The position numbers were made by a program, and so were the translations under genes. A DNA stretch of 36,995 bases from Bacilli bacterium (GTDB lineage: Bacteria > Bacillota_I > Bacilli_A > RF39 > UBA660): positions 1 to 36,995 of the forward strand of contig JAVXAN010000002.1 of NCBI GenBank assembly GCA_036660495.1, in the 5' to 3' direction. This document shows positions 9,638 through 19,806 of this stretch, one piece after another. The notes below the pieces were generated by a model. That model was given only the letters and a program-made list of their open reading frames with translations, did no database searches and was not told the DNA's origin. Position 1 is the first letter of the stretch. Each line of letters opens with the position of its first letter.

Positions 9638-12600
9638 TTGGACTAATGATCAGCAACAAGCAATCACAACAAGAGGTGGTAAGGTTTTAGTTAGTGCTGC
9701 TGCTGGAAGTGGGAAAACCGCCGTACTAACAGAAAGAGTTGTTAATTATTTGATTAATGGTGGTAATATAAATGAACTTTTAATAGTTACTTTTACAAAC
9801 GCAGCTTCTTTTGAAATGAAATCAAGAATTAAAGAAAGTATTCAAAAAGAAATTAATAAAAATCCAGCAAACAGTCATTTGAAAAAGCAAATTTTATTAA
9901 TTGAAATGGCTAAAATCACTACGATGGATTCTTTTTATGGAGATATTGTTAAAGAAAACTTTGAAAAGTTGAAAATTATGCCGAATTTTAAAATATTAAC
10001 CAATGAAGAGGAAAATATTTTAAAAAATAAAGTTGCTAGTCTTATTTTGGAAAATGAATTTGAACATAATGATTTGCGTTATGTTAAATTGCTTAACATG
10101 TTTAACGCAAATAGTGAAGATTTAATTAAAAGCGTGATTTTAAAAATTAGTAATTTTTTAGATACCATTCCGTTTTATGAAACGTTTTTAAATAAATGCA
10201 AAGAAAATTATGCTGAAGATAGTTTATATTACAAAGACTTATTATTTAATAGTATTAAAGAAAAAATGATTTCTTATAAAGTTCTCTATTTAGATATTAA
10301 GGAAGAATTATATAAAGCTTCAAGTGATTTTGATAAACTAGATAATAACTTTAAAAATGAAATAAATTTAATTAATCAAATTATTGATACTAATAATTTT
10401 GATGATTTAAGCCTGGTTTTTAGAACGCATTCATTTATACGGTTAGCTACTATAAAAGGTCATAAAGATGATCCTACTTTTAATAAGTATAAAGTGATAA
10501 GAGAAGATTTAAAGAAAACTGTAACAAAAGATTTATCTGAGTTTGCTTTTATAACGGAGGATTTATATAAAAGTGAGCAACAAGCAATAAAAAGCAATCT
10601 TGATAAGCTTAGCCAAATAGTTATAAAGTTTAAGAATATGCTTTTAAATGAAAAGATTAAAAATAACGTTTATTCGTTTAGTGACATTTCACACTTTGTA
10701 ATTAAACTATTAATAAACAATGGAAATAAAACCATTCTTGCTAAAAATATATCTAAAACATATAAAGAAATTTTAATTGATGAATATCAAGATACTAATC
10801 ATTTACAAAGCTTAATATTTAATACTATATCTGATAATGGTAACAACTTGTTTGTTGTTGGAGATGTTAAGCAAAGTATTTATCGTTTTAGAAGTGCTTG
10901 TCCAGAAATATTTAATGAAGATAAAAGTAAGGCTAGATGTGATGGATTCCCAAGGCTTATAACTTTATCTAAGAACTTTAGAAGCAGAAAACAGGTTTTA
11001 GACTTTTGTAATTTTATATTTGAAAATACTATGACTACTTTCTTGGGTGAAGTTGATTATAATGAATCAGAAAAGCTTTACCTTGGAGCAGATTTTAAAG
11101 AAAATGATAATGCTGTGCCTGAGATTCATATAATAAATAATGAAGAAAAAACCGATGACGATGATTTATCAAATGTTCAAAAAGAAGCCATATACACAGC
11201 AGAAAGAATTAAAAAGTTATTAGATGAAAAGTATCAAGTTTATGATAATAAAAAGCAATTATATAGAATTATAACGCCTAAGGATATTGTTATCTTATTT
11301 AGAACATTAAAAAACGCCGAAACATATCGAAAGGCACTAATAAAAAGGGGAATTAACGTTTATTGTGAAAGTTCTAAATTATATTTTGATAATTATGAAA
11401 TCCAGTTAGTTATTGCTTTATTAAAGGTTATTGATAATGGGTATGATGATGTGGCTTTAATGGCTACGTTAACTTCAAACTTATTTAACATATCAGAAGA
11501 TTCTGTTGCTAATTTAAAAGCGTTAAACAATTATGGCTATTTGTATGATGTCTTAAAAACAAGTGATGATGAGAAGATAAAAACTGTTTTAAAAACAATT
11601 GATGATTTTAAAAGATATAGTTTAAATAATTCCTTATATAGTTTAATAAATTATGTATATAATAAGCTAAATGTTATTCCCATAATAGGATTTGATTCAT
11701 CAAGTGTTAAGAATTTAACCCTTATGATTAAATATGCTTTATTATTTGAAGAAAAAAGTACGAAAACATTACATGAATTTGTTTCTTATATAGAAGAAAT
11801 CCTTTTACAAAAAGGTTCTTTTGAAGGGGCAAACCCAATTTCACAAGGTGATAACGTTTTAATAACTACAATTCATAAATCAAAGGGTTTAGAATATCCT
11901 ATTGTATTTTTATGTGAAACTGGTAGGAAGTTTAATTTTAAAGATTTAACAGCAAATTTAATGATTGATGAAAACTTAGGAATTACATTTAACCTAAGTG
12001 ACAATAAAAACAACGTAAAATATGAATCGGTTTCAATGATGCTATTTAAGGAAGTTAAAAAACAGATGCAGTTGTCGGAAGAATTAAGAATTTTATATGT
12101 TGCATTAACGAGAGCTAAGGAAAAACTGATAATAATTGGTGTTACTAATAATTTAACTAGTTTAGTTAATAACGCTAGTGCTAAAATAGGGGATAATAAA
12201 ACAATATCTAACTTATATTTAAAGAATGCCTCTAGCTATTTATCGTGGATTATTGCAAATCTTTTGAGACATCCTTCAGCAACTGATCTTAGAGATATAA
12301 GTAACATTTCTAATAAGGTTTTTAATAGTAATTCAAACGTTGTAACATATATAAAAAACGCTTCAGAAATAAATGAAGATGAGTTTACTAATGATGAAAA
12401 TAAGCATACCTTTGTTTTTAATGAAGATGTATCAGAAATTTTAAACTATACTTATAAGAACGAGGCATTAACTAAAGTACCAAATAAATTAAGTGTAACG
12501 GATTTAAAAAAAAGAAATAGTGATCATTATTATAAAAAGCCCTCTTTTTTAAATAATAAAAAATCATCAGCAAGTATAGGTACTTTATATCATAAAATAT

Positions 12601-13061
12601 TTGAGGTATTACCTCTTGAAAAATATAATGTTTCCTTACTTGAAGAAAAATTAAAAGATTTAGTTAAAGAAGGTGTTGTTTCCCAAAATGAAATTTTTAA
12701 AGTAGATATCAACAAGTTGTTTTGTTATTTAACCTCAGATATTTATGATATGATGATTTCAGCTGATGAAGTATTAAGAGAAGAAAAAATAATTTTTACT
12801 ATTCCTAGTTCATATTATGATATAAACCTTAAAGAAGGTAATATTCTAGTTGATGGAACAATTGATTTATTATTTTTAAAAGACAATGTTTATTATATTG
12901 TTGATTATAAAACAGATGATGTAAAAGTAGCGCAAGAATTAAAAGACCGTTATAAGATTCAACTGGATTTATATGAACTTGCTGTTAAAAGTAAATTTAA
13001 AGCAAGTTTTATAAAAAAATACATATATTCTATAAAGTTAAATAGGTTTATAGAAGTATAG
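9630..13061 (+). CDS. addA: ATP-dependent helicase/nuclease subunit A (AddA)
   Basis: UvrD/Rep helicase motifs (AAAGSGKTAVLTERV, IDEYQDTN, VGDVKQSIYRFR, TIHKSKGLEYP) plus C-terminal nuclease motif (DGTIDLLF...IVDYKTD). The ATG overlaps the addB stop by 8 nt. Confidence 0.9.
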   Translation: MPNWTNDQQQAITTRGGKVLVSAAAGSGKTAVLTERVVNYLINGGNINELLIVTFTNAASFEMKSRIKESIQKEINKNPANSHLKKQILLIEMAKITTMDSFYGDIVKENFEKLKIMPNFKILTNEEENILKNKVASLILENEFEHNDLRYVKLLNMFNANSEDLIKSVILKISNFLDTIPFYETFLNKCKENYAEDSLYYKDLLFNSIKEKMISYKVLYLDIKEELYKASSDFDKLDNNFKNEINLINQIIDTNNFDDLSLVFRTHSFIRLATIKGHKDDPTFNKYKVIREDLKKTVTKDLSEFAFITEDLYKSEQQAIKSNLDKLSQIVIKFKNMLLNEKIKNNVYSFSDISHFVIKLLINNGNKTILAKNISKTYKEILIDEYQDTNHLQSLIFNTISDNGNNLFVVGDVKQSIYRFRSACPEIFNEDKSKARCDGFPRLITLSKNFRSRKQVLDFCNFIFENTMTTFLGEVDYNESEKLYLGADFKENDNAVPEIHIINNEEKTDDDDLSNVQKEAIYTAERIKKLLDEKYQVYDNKKQLYRIITPKDIVILFRTLKNAETYRKALIKRGINVYCESSKLYFDNYEIQLVIALLKVIDNGYDDVALMATLTSNLFNISEDSVANLKALNNYGYLYDVLKTSDDEKIKTVLKTIDDFKRYSLNNSLYSLINYVYNKLNVIPIIGFDSSSVKNLTLMIKYALLFEEKSTKTLHEFVSYIEEILLQKGSFEGANPISQGDNVLITTIHKSKGLEYPIVFLCETGRKFNFKDLTANLMIDENLGITFNLSDNKNNVKYESVSMMLFKEVKKQMQLSEELRILYVALTRAKEKLIIIGVTNNLTSLVNNASAKIGDNKTISNLYLKNASSYLSWIIANLLRHPSATDLRDISNISNKVFNSNSNVVTYIKNASEINEDEFTNDENKHTFVFNEDVSEILNYTYKNEALTKVPNKLSVTDLKKRNSDHYYKKPSFLNNKKSSASIGTLYHKIFEVLPLEKYNVSLLEEKLKDLVKEGVVSQNEIFKVDINKLFCYLTSDIYDMMISADEVLREEKIIFTIPSSYYDINLKEGNILVDGTIDLLFLKDNVYYIVDYKTDDVKVAQELKDRYKIQLDLYELAVKSKFKASFIKKYIYSIKLNRFIEV

Positions 13062-13070
13062 GAGGACTTT

Positions 13071-14294
13071 ATGAAAGAAGAAATATTTGAATTGATTCAA
13101 AAAGAATCAAGAAGGCAAGCAAATACAATTGAGCTTATAGCTTCTGAAAACTTTGTGTCAAATGACGTTTTAAAAGCTCAAGGAAGCATTCTTACTAATA
13201 AGTACGCGGAAGGTTATCCTAAAAATCGGTATTATGGTGGTTGTGAGTTTATTGATGAGATTGAAACAATGGCTATTAATAGTGCCAAAGCTTTATTTAA
13301 TGTTAAGTTTGCAAACGTTCAGCCACACTCTGGCACTTCAGCTAACATGGCCGTATACCGAGCGCTACTTAACAAAGAGGATAAGGTTTTAGGAATGGAT
13401 TTAGATTCTGGAGGACATTTATCTCATGGATCAAGCATGAGTTTTAGTGGAATGGATTACAACTTTATTTCTTATATGGTAGAAAAAGAAACTTGTCAGA
13501 TAAACTATGATGAGGTAAGAAAAATAGCTTTAAGAGAAAGGCCAAAACTAATAGTTGCGGGGGCAAGTAGTTATTCTAGAAAAATTGATTTTGCTGAGTT
13601 TAGGGATATTGCAGATAGTTGTGGTGCACTGTTAATGGTAGACATGGCCCACATTGCTGGTTTAGTAGCTGCTGGTCTTCATCAAAATCCATGCAAGTAT
13701 GCTCACGTGGTAACTGCAACAACTCATAAAACTCTAAGAGGTCCAAGGGGAGGAATCATTTTAACTAATAGTGAAGAATTAATAAAAAAAATAAATAGTA
13801 GTGTTTTTCCAGGGATGCAAGGAGGACCTCTAATGCACGTTATAGCAGCCAAAGCAGTTTGCTTTAGCGAAGCTTTAGAACAATCATTTGTTAATTACCA
13901 AAAGCAAGTTATCAAGAATGCTAAAATATTATGTGATGTTTTAAAAATGGAAGAATTTAAAATTGTTACAAATGGTACGGATAATCATATTGTGTTAGTT
14001 GATGTGAAAAAATCACTTAACATGACTGGTAAAGAAGCCGAAAGTATTTTAGAATCAATTGGAATAACTTGTAATAAAAACATGATCCCGTTTGATACTA
14101 CTACGCCTTTTATAACTAGTGGGATTAGACTTGGAGTAAGTGCTATGACAACTAGAGGATTTAAAGAAAACGAGTTTATGGAAGTTGGGAAAATAATATC
14201 AAAATGTCTTAAAAACTTTGATGACAAAGTTTTAATGGAAAGTTTAAAAGAAAAGACAAGAAAATTGTGTGAAAAGTTTAGAGTGTATAATTAG
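13071..14294 (+). CDS. glyA: Serine hydroxymethyltransferase
   Basis: Signatures: [19 protein letters not shown], and the PLP-lysine region [15 protein letters not shown]. Confidence 0.95.
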   Translation: MKEEIFELIQKESRRQANTIELIASENFVSNDVLKAQGSILTNKYAEGYPKNRYYGGCEFIDEIETMAINSAKALFNVKFANVQPHSGTSANMAVYRALLNKEDKVLGMDLDSGGHLSHGSSMSFSGMDYNFISYMVEKETCQINYDEVRKIALRERPKLIVAGASSYSRKIDFAEFRDIADSCGALLMVDMAHIAGLVAAGLHQNPCKYAHVVTATTHKTLRGPRGGIILTNSEELIKKINSSVFPGMQGGPLMHVIAAKAVCFSEALEQSFVNYQKQVIKNAKILCDVLKMEEFKIVTNGTDNHIVLVDVKKSLNMTGKEAESILESIGITCNKNMIPFDTTTPFITSGIRLGVSAMTTRGFKENEFMEVGKIISKCLKNFDDKVLMESLKEKTRKLCEKFRVYN

Positions 14295-14313
14295 TAACAA
14301 GGTGGGGTGAATT

Positions 14314-15201
14314 ATGAATAACGTAATTGACGGTAAAGAAACAAGCAAAAAAATAAAGCAAGAATTAAAGGAAAAAATAAAAAGCCAGAATATATTTTCT
14401 TCTTTAGCAGTAGTTCAAATTGGTAATAATGCGTCAAGTAACATATATGTTAGAAATAAAAAGAGTGTTTGTGAAGAATTAGGTATAGCTTTTAAACTCA
14501 TAAAGTTTGATGAAGCCATAGCTCAGGATTTAGTTATAATAGAAATAAATAAACTAAATAATGATCCGTTAATTAATGGAATAATTGTTCAATTACCATT
14601 ACCAAAAGGTTTTAATGAGGGTGAAATAATTAATACCATTATTCCAATAAAAGATGTTGATGGTTTAACTTATACAAACGTTGGTAATTTATCGTTAGAA
14701 AACGAATGTTTAGTATCATGTACACCTCTTGGAGTAATGGCATTATTAAAAAATTATCAAGTAAATTTAACTAGTAAAAACGTTGTTATAGTAGGAAGAA
14801 GTAACTTGGTTGGGAAACCGTTAATCCAGCTTCTTTTAAAGGAAAATGCTACGGTCACGATTTGTCACTCAAAAAGTAAAAACATTAAAAACTTTACTAA
14901 AAACGCTGATGTTTTAATTGTAGCTGCAGGACACCCTAATTTAATTACTAAGGAAATGGTTAAAGAAAAGGTGATTGTTATAGATGTTGGAATAACTAGA
15001 GAAAATGATTTGATTTGTGGAGATGTTGATTATTCTTCAGTAAGTAAGAAGGCTGCGTTAATTACCCCGGTTCCAGGTGGAGTTGGTCCGATGACAGTTA
15101 CGATGCTGATGAAAAACGTTGTTAAAGCATATGAATTTCAAAACCAAAAATTAAAAAAAAGAAACAAAGAGGTTTTACAAAATTATGAAGAACAGTTTTG
15201 A
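14314..15201 (+). CDS. folD: Bifunctional methylenetetrahydrofolate dehydrogenase/cyclohydrolase
   Basis: Signatures: GIIVQLPLP, PCTP.G, VVGRSNLVGKP, TPVPGGVGPMT. Confidence 0.95.
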   Translation: MNNVIDGKETSKKIKQELKEKIKSQNIFSSLAVVQIGNNASSNIYVRNKKSVCEELGIAFKLIKFDEAIAQDLVIIEINKLNNDPLINGIIVQLPLPKGFNEGEIINTIIPIKDVDGLTYTNVGNLSLENECLVSCTPLGVMALLKNYQVNLTSKNVVIVGRSNLVGKPLIQLLLKENATVTICHSKSKNIKNFTKNADVLIVAAGHPNLITKEMVKEKVIVIDVGITRENDLICGDVDYSSVSKKAALITPVPGGVGPMTVTMLMKNVVKAYEFQNQKLKKRNKEVLQNYEEQF

Positions 15202-15466
15202 TGATGTTTTTCCAGATAGGTTTCCATATATAGACCTTCATGGGGAAACTAGCGATTCACTTCCTTTTTTAATAAATGATTATATAAATGATAATTATAA
15301 GCTTGGAAATCAGGTTGTTGTAATAATCCACGGAATAGGATTAGGAGTGCTTAAGAAAGAAGTACAAAATTGCTTAAAAAGCAATAAAAAAGTATCTAGT
15401 TATCATGTTAATTTTTATAACGCAGGATGTACAATGGTTTATATAAATAAAGCTAAAAACATCTAA
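15185..15466 (+). CDS. Smr (small MutS-related) domain protein
   Basis: Smr signature IDLHGET....LPFL...........VVVIIHGIGLGVLKKEV. Overlaps the folD 3' end by 17 nt. Confidence 0.7.
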   Translation: MKNSFDDVFPDRFPYIDLHGETSDSLPFLINDYINDNYKLGNQVVVIIHGIGLGVLKKEVQNCLKSNKKVSSYHVNFYNAGCTMVYINKAKNI

Positions 15467-15511
15467 TATTTATTAGTTGTTTTTTTATAATAAAATGTTT
15501 TTTTATAATAT

Positions 15512-15540
15512 TTGACTTTTATATACTTTTATGTTAATAT
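15512..15540 (+). promoter_or_regulatory. Sigma-A type promoter for the Cys-repeat protein gene
   Basis: TTGACT (15512-15517), 17-nt spacer, TGtTAATAT (-10 at 15535-15540). Confidence 0.5.
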
Positions 15541-15571
15541 ATTGGCCATTCAATGAAGAGGGGGTATTTTC

Positions 15572-17392
15572 ATGGAAGAAAGAAGAGGTTTAGATATTAA
15601 AGGTTTTTTAGTTAGATTAGTACTTATAATCATGTTTATCTTTTTGTTAATATGGTTATTTCCAGTTGCTAACTTAAAGCCACTTAATAATCAAATATTT
15701 AGTGATAACTTAGGTAGAATGAAGGATGTAGCTAAAAGTTATTATACGGTTGAGAGATTGCCAAAAGAAGTTAACGGTAAGGTTAGAATGTCTTTAGAAG
15801 AAATGATTAATAATAAGCTTATTTTACCTTTAACTGACTCAAATGGTAAATATTGTAGTTCTAAAAAGTCATATATAGAAGTTTCAAAATTGCAAAATGA
15901 GTATGTAATAAAAACTTATTTATCTTGTACTGATAAAACAGATTACGTATTAGAACATTTTGGGTGCTATGATATTTGTAGTGATATGTGTAAAACTTTA
16001 GCAACAACTGGTGCTAAAACCACTACAGCTTATGTTAAAAACACTACTAGAAATGATGGTAAGCTTTATGAATATGAATTCGTAAAGACTAAGTATAATG
16101 AAGTTTTTGATAAATACGTTTGTTCAAATGGATATAACGTTGTTGGATCAAGCTGTATAAAAGAGGGTTCTAAGACGGTAACTGTTAACGCTAATAAAAA
16201 CATTAAAAATGAAACCTCAACTAGCGTTATTAACGCTACGGCAAACATTAATGATAAAACCGAGTTGGTTAATTCAGTATGTGAAAATAACACTGTAACT
16301 TCAACTATTAATGCATCACCTTCAAGTATAAAAAATACAATTGATGCAACGAGGGATTATGAAACGGAAACTGTTAATGCAATTAAATATAACGTGACTA
16401 GTGAAAAAACAGCTAATAAAATAACTAAAACAACTAACGCTAATTATATTACAAGTACAACTTATGATATAATAACGGCAACAAAATACATGGTGGGGTA
16501 TACACCATGGTCTTATGATTATACAAGAATAAGTACTAGATCAGGTTTAGCGTATGAAAACGAGTATGAAAAGCAAGCTTATTTTGATGAAAGTTGGTTA
16601 GAACTTACTTGTAGTACTTGTACAACAACGGTTAGAAAATATAAGTATTATCATTACGTTCGTAAAGCATCTTATGAATATTCATGTGAAAAATTTGCTG
16701 GATACACGTTAGATGGAAATACTTGTAAAAAGCCTATTGTATCTACTTATTGTCCAGCTGGATTTAGTCCAAATGGATCTGTTTGTAGTAAAACAACTGT
16801 GTCTTATAGTTGTCCAGAAGGATATAATCTAAATGGTACTAAATGTACTAAAGTAACTACTAATTATAAGTGTAATGATGGCTATGTTCAAAATGGTACA
16901 ACTTGTAGTAGACAAGTTCCTATTTATAGGTGCCCAGCTGGATATTCTTTAAACGGAACAAAGTGTGTTGGTAGTAAAACAATATATAGTTGTCCTGATA
17001 ATACTAGTGATAAAACGTATATATTAAATGGGACAAAGTGTTCAGTTAAATCAACTGTTAAAGTATGCACTTGTCCATCAGGAACAAGTCCAACAACGGA
17101 TGAAAATAGATGTGCTAAAAGAACATCAAGTACAACTTATAGCTGTCCGTTAGAATATACTTTAAATGGAATAAAGTGTTCAAAGGAGACAATCACTCAA
17201 AAGGTAAGTTATTCATGTGATAATGATTATATTTTAAGTGGTGCATTATGTTTAAAAACGATAAATTCAAAAGATACTAAAGATGCAAATAAAACTTATA
17301 AAATTATAAGTACAACAAGCTATAAATGGTCAACTAAGACTAATTTAGGTGATGGATGGATTTATACAGGAAATAAAAGGACATTAAAATAA
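15572..17392 (+). CDS. Membrane-anchored, Cys-rich repeat surface protein (606 aa)
   Basis: RBS gaagaggggg. N-terminal TM anchor FLVRLVLIIMFIFLLIWLF. A T/N-rich spacer is followed by about 9-10 tandem modules of about 20 aa matching Y-x-C-x(2,3)-G-Y-x-L-N-G-x-x-C. Confidence 0.75.
   Translation: MEERRGLDIKGFLVRLVLIIMFIFLLIWLFPVANLKPLNNQIFSDNLGRMKDVAKSYYTVERLPKEVNGKVRMSLEEMINNKLILPLTDSNGKYCSSKKSYIEVSKLQNEYVIKTYLSCTDKTDYVLEHFGCYDICSDMCKTLATTGAKTTTAYVKNTTRNDGKLYEYEFVKTKYNEVFDKYVCSNGYNVVGSSCIKEGSKTVTVNANKNIKNETSTSVINATANINDKTELVNSVCENNTVTSTINASPSSIKNTIDATRDYETETVNAIKYNVTSEKTANKITKTTNANYITSTTYDIITATKYMVGYTPWSYDYTRISTRSGLAYENEYEKQAYFDESWLELTCSTCTTTVRKYKYYHYVRKASYEYSCEKFAGYTLDGNTCKKPIVSTYCPAGFSPNGSVCSKTTVSYSCPEGYNLNGTKCTKVTTNYKCNDGYVQNGTTCSRQVPIYRCPAGYSLNGTKCVGSKTIYSCPDNTSDKTYILNGTKCSVKSTVKVCTCPSGTSPTTDENRCAKRTSSTTYSCPLEYTLNGIKCSKETITQKVSYSCDNDYILSGALCLKTINSKDTKDANKTYKIISTTSYKWSTKTNLGDGWIYTGNKRTLK
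16679..17251 (+). repeat. Degenerate in-frame tandem modules (about 60 bp each) encoding the CxxGYxLNGxxC repeats
   Basis: Protein-level repeats: YSCEKFAGYTLDGNTC, YCPAGFSPNGSVC, YSCPEGYNLNGTKC, YKCNDGYVQNGTTC, YRCPAGYSLNGTKC, YSCPD..YILNGTKC, CTCPSG...C, YSCPLEYTLNGIKC, YSCDNDYILSGALC. Confidence 0.8.
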
Positions 17393-17399
17393 TTAAAAG

Positions 17400-17424
17400 G
17401 GGCTTAATTAAAGCTCTTTTTTTT
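17400..17424 (+). terminator. Rho-independent terminator after the Cys-repeat gene
   Basis: Stem gggctt/aagctc (6 bp, one G-U), loop aatta, followed by eight T. Confidence 0.6.
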
Positions 17425-17454
17425 GTTATACTATATAAATAAGGCGGTGATAAT

Positions 17455-19626
17455 ATGTATGTTAAGATTTTAGTAGAAACAAGGTTAAAGAAAAGTAATA
17501 TGACTTTTACATATTATGCGCCAAGCAATATGCGTGATCAAATGGAAGTTGGTAAAAGAGTTCTTGTTAATTTTTCATCAAGGATAGTAGAAGGTTTTAT
17601 TGTTGATTTTGATAAAAAGCCATTAGATTATGAAGCAAAAGAGATAATTAAAGTAATTGATGAAAAGCCTGTTTTAAACAAAGAACTTTTAGAATTAGGT
17701 AAATTCATTAGTGAAAAATATTTATGTTCTTTAATAAGTGCTTATCAAGCTATGCTTCCTAAAGCCTTAAAAGCAAAAGCAAAAGATAATAGTGGCATTA
17801 AGTGTGAAAAATATGTTGCGTTAGCAGCTGATTTTACAGATGAAAAGGTTAAAATTAAGCAGCAGATAGCGATAATTAACTATTTAAAAGATAATAAAAC
17901 TGTTTTGAAAAGCTCTATTAAAAGTAAATCATCATTGCAAAAGCTTATTGATGAAAACATAGTTGTTGAGATTCAAAAAGAAGTATATCGATTAAAAGAT
18001 GAACCTTGTGAAAAACAAGATAATTTTAATTTAACAAAAGACCAACAGATGGTTGTAAAAAGTGTTGTTAACCGATTTGGAACAAGTAAAACGATTCTTC
18101 TTCATGGGGTTACTGGATCAGGAAAAACCGAAGTCTACATGAGCCTTGTTGAAGAAACTCTAAAAACTGGTAAAACAAGCATTATTTTAGTCCCTGAAAT
18201 TAGCTTAACTCCACAAATAACATCTAGGTTTAAAAAAAAGTTTGGTAGCAGTGTTGCTATTCTTCATAGTTCATTATCTGATGGTGAAAAATATGACGAA
18301 TATCGAAGAATCCAAAAAAAAGAAGCAAAGATAGTAATAGGGGCAAGAAGTGCTGTTTTTGCTCCGTTAAGTAACTTAGGTATAATTATAATTGACGAAG
18401 AACACGCCGATACCTATAAACAGGAAAACAATCCTAGGTACCATGCTTTAGACATTGCAATAAAAAGATCACAAACACATAATTGTCCGGTTTTACTAGG
18501 AAGTGCAACTCCAACAGTTGAAACTTATGCGAGAGCTCAAAAGGGATATTATGATTTTTTAGAACTTTCTTCAAGGGTTAATAACAGGAAAATGCCTAAG
18601 GTAACAATTGTTGATATGAAAAAAGAAATCAGGAAGAACAATAATCTTTTTTCAGAATTACTTATGAACAAAATAAGTGAAAAGTTGAATAAAGAAGAAC
18701 AAGTAATGTTGCTTCTTAATAAAAGGGGATATTCAAATTATTTAATGTGTTTAAATTGTGGATACGTGCATAAATGTCCAAATTGTGATATTACTTTAAC
18801 TTATCATAAAACTTCTCAAATGATGAGGTGCCATTACTGTGGCTATGCTAGTAATAAAATGATAAAATGTCCAAGTTGCAAAAGTGATAACATTAAAGCA
18901 ATAGGCTCTGGGACCGAAAAAATTGAAGAAGAATTAAAAAGATTGTTTAAAGAAGCAAGAATATTAAGAATGGATGCTGATACCACTAGCACTAAAGGGT
19001 CACACGCAAAAATAATAAATGATTTCAATGATAAAAAATATGATGTTTTAATTGGAACACAGATGATTTCTAAAGGGCTTGATTTTCCAAACGTATCTTT
19101 AGTTGGGGTAATAAACGGTGACACATCTTTAAATATACCTAACTTTAGAAGTAGTGAGGCAACGTTTAGTTTGTTAAATCAAGTAGTAGGAAGAGCTGGA
19201 AGAAAAGACGTGTTAGGGGAGGCTATTATTCAAACGTATAATCCAGAGCATTATAGTATTTTATGTGCATCAAATCACGATTATAAATCTTTCTATAATG
19301 AAGAAATAAAAATAAGAAAGAAATTAAACTACCCACCATATTGTTTTATAATTCTAATTAAAATTTCTTCAAAAGATTTTAATACTGGAATTAGTGAAGC
19401 TAGAAAGGTAAGGGATTATTTAAAAAGCAATTTACTTGGCACAACGAGCGTACTAGGCCCTTCAATAGCTAGCGTCCTTAAGGTAAACAATGTTTATAAC
19501 TTTCAGTGTATAATAAAATATAAAAAGGATGACAGGCTGTATAACGTGCTTAATAGCGTTCTTAATATATATGAAAGCAAGTCATCTGTTAAAGTAGAAC
19601 TTGATTTTAATCCAATAAGATTGTAA
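17455..19626 (+). CDS. priA: Primosomal replication-restart helicase PriA (protein N')
   Basis: Signatures: LLHGVTGSGKTEVY, IIIDEEH, the double zinc-binding Cys cluster CLNCGY..CPNCD...CHYCGY...CPSC, and QVVGRAGR. Confidence 0.93.
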   Translation: MYVKILVETRLKKSNMTFTYYAPSNMRDQMEVGKRVLVNFSSRIVEGFIVDFDKKPLDYEAKEIIKVIDEKPVLNKELLELGKFISEKYLCSLISAYQAMLPKALKAKAKDNSGIKCEKYVALAADFTDEKVKIKQQIAIINYLKDNKTVLKSSIKSKSSLQKLIDENIVVEIQKEVYRLKDEPCEKQDNFNLTKDQQMVVKSVVNRFGTSKTILLHGVTGSGKTEVYMSLVEETLKTGKTSIILVPEISLTPQITSRFKKKFGSSVAILHSSLSDGEKYDEYRRIQKKEAKIVIGARSAVFAPLSNLGIIIIDEEHADTYKQENNPRYHALDIAIKRSQTHNCPVLLGSATPTVETYARAQKGYYDFLELSSRVNNRKMPKVTIVDMKKEIRKNNNLFSELLMNKISEKLNKEEQVMLLLNKRGYSNYLMCLNCGYVHKCPNCDITLTYHKTSQMMRCHYCGYASNKMIKCPSCKSDNIKAIGSGTEKIEEELKRLFKEARILRMDADTTSTKGSHAKIINDFNDKKYDVLIGTQMISKGLDFPNVSLVGVINGDTSLNIPNFRSSEATFSLLNQVVGRAGRKDVLGEAIIQTYNPEHYSILCASNHDYKSFYNEEIKIRKKLNYPPYCFIILIKISSKDFNTGISEARKVRDYLKSNLLGTTSVLGPSIASVLKVNNVYNFQCIIKYKKDDRLYNVLNSVLNIYESKSSVKVELDFNPIRL

Positions 19627-19663
19627 AAACCTTAATAATTAAAGGCTTTTTGCATAAAATGTC

Positions 19664-19693
19664 TTGAAAAGGCTTGGTTTATTATGTTATAAT
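19664..19693 (+). promoter_or_regulatory. Sigma-A type promoter of the rpsB-tsf unit
   Basis: TTGAAA (19664-19669), 18-nt spacer, TGtTATAAT (-10 at 19688-19693). Confidence 0.6.
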
Positions 19694-19724
19694 GATATTG
19701 GCTTTTTATAAAAGTAATACACAC

Positions 19725-19780
19725 GGGTTTGGATTTGAACTTCTAGTGCCGAAGAGGTGAAGTTTAAAGATGAAAATCCC
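19725..19780 (+). promoter_or_regulatory. Structured element in the rpsB 5' leader (candidate r-protein autoregulatory leader)
   Basis: Hand fold gives GGG-TTT-[gga]-TTTGAACTTC-[15-nt loop]-GAAGTTTAAA-[gatga]-AAA-[t]-CCC, about 16 bp of imperfect hairpin. It lies between the predicted TSS and the RBS gaaggagga. Confidence 0.35.
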
Positions 19781-19806
19781 GGAGGGAAAACGAAGGAGGA
19801 ATGAAA

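Noticed and set aside
15199-15204. Possibility that the host itself uses UGA=Trp (folD ends in TGATGA)
   Set aside because: None of the long core ORFs contains an in-frame TGA, and every Trp I checked in core genes is TGG (for example in ppdK). Reading through the folD stop adds only a few nonsense residues before TAG. The host is therefore standard code, and the TGA anomaly is confined to the mob module.
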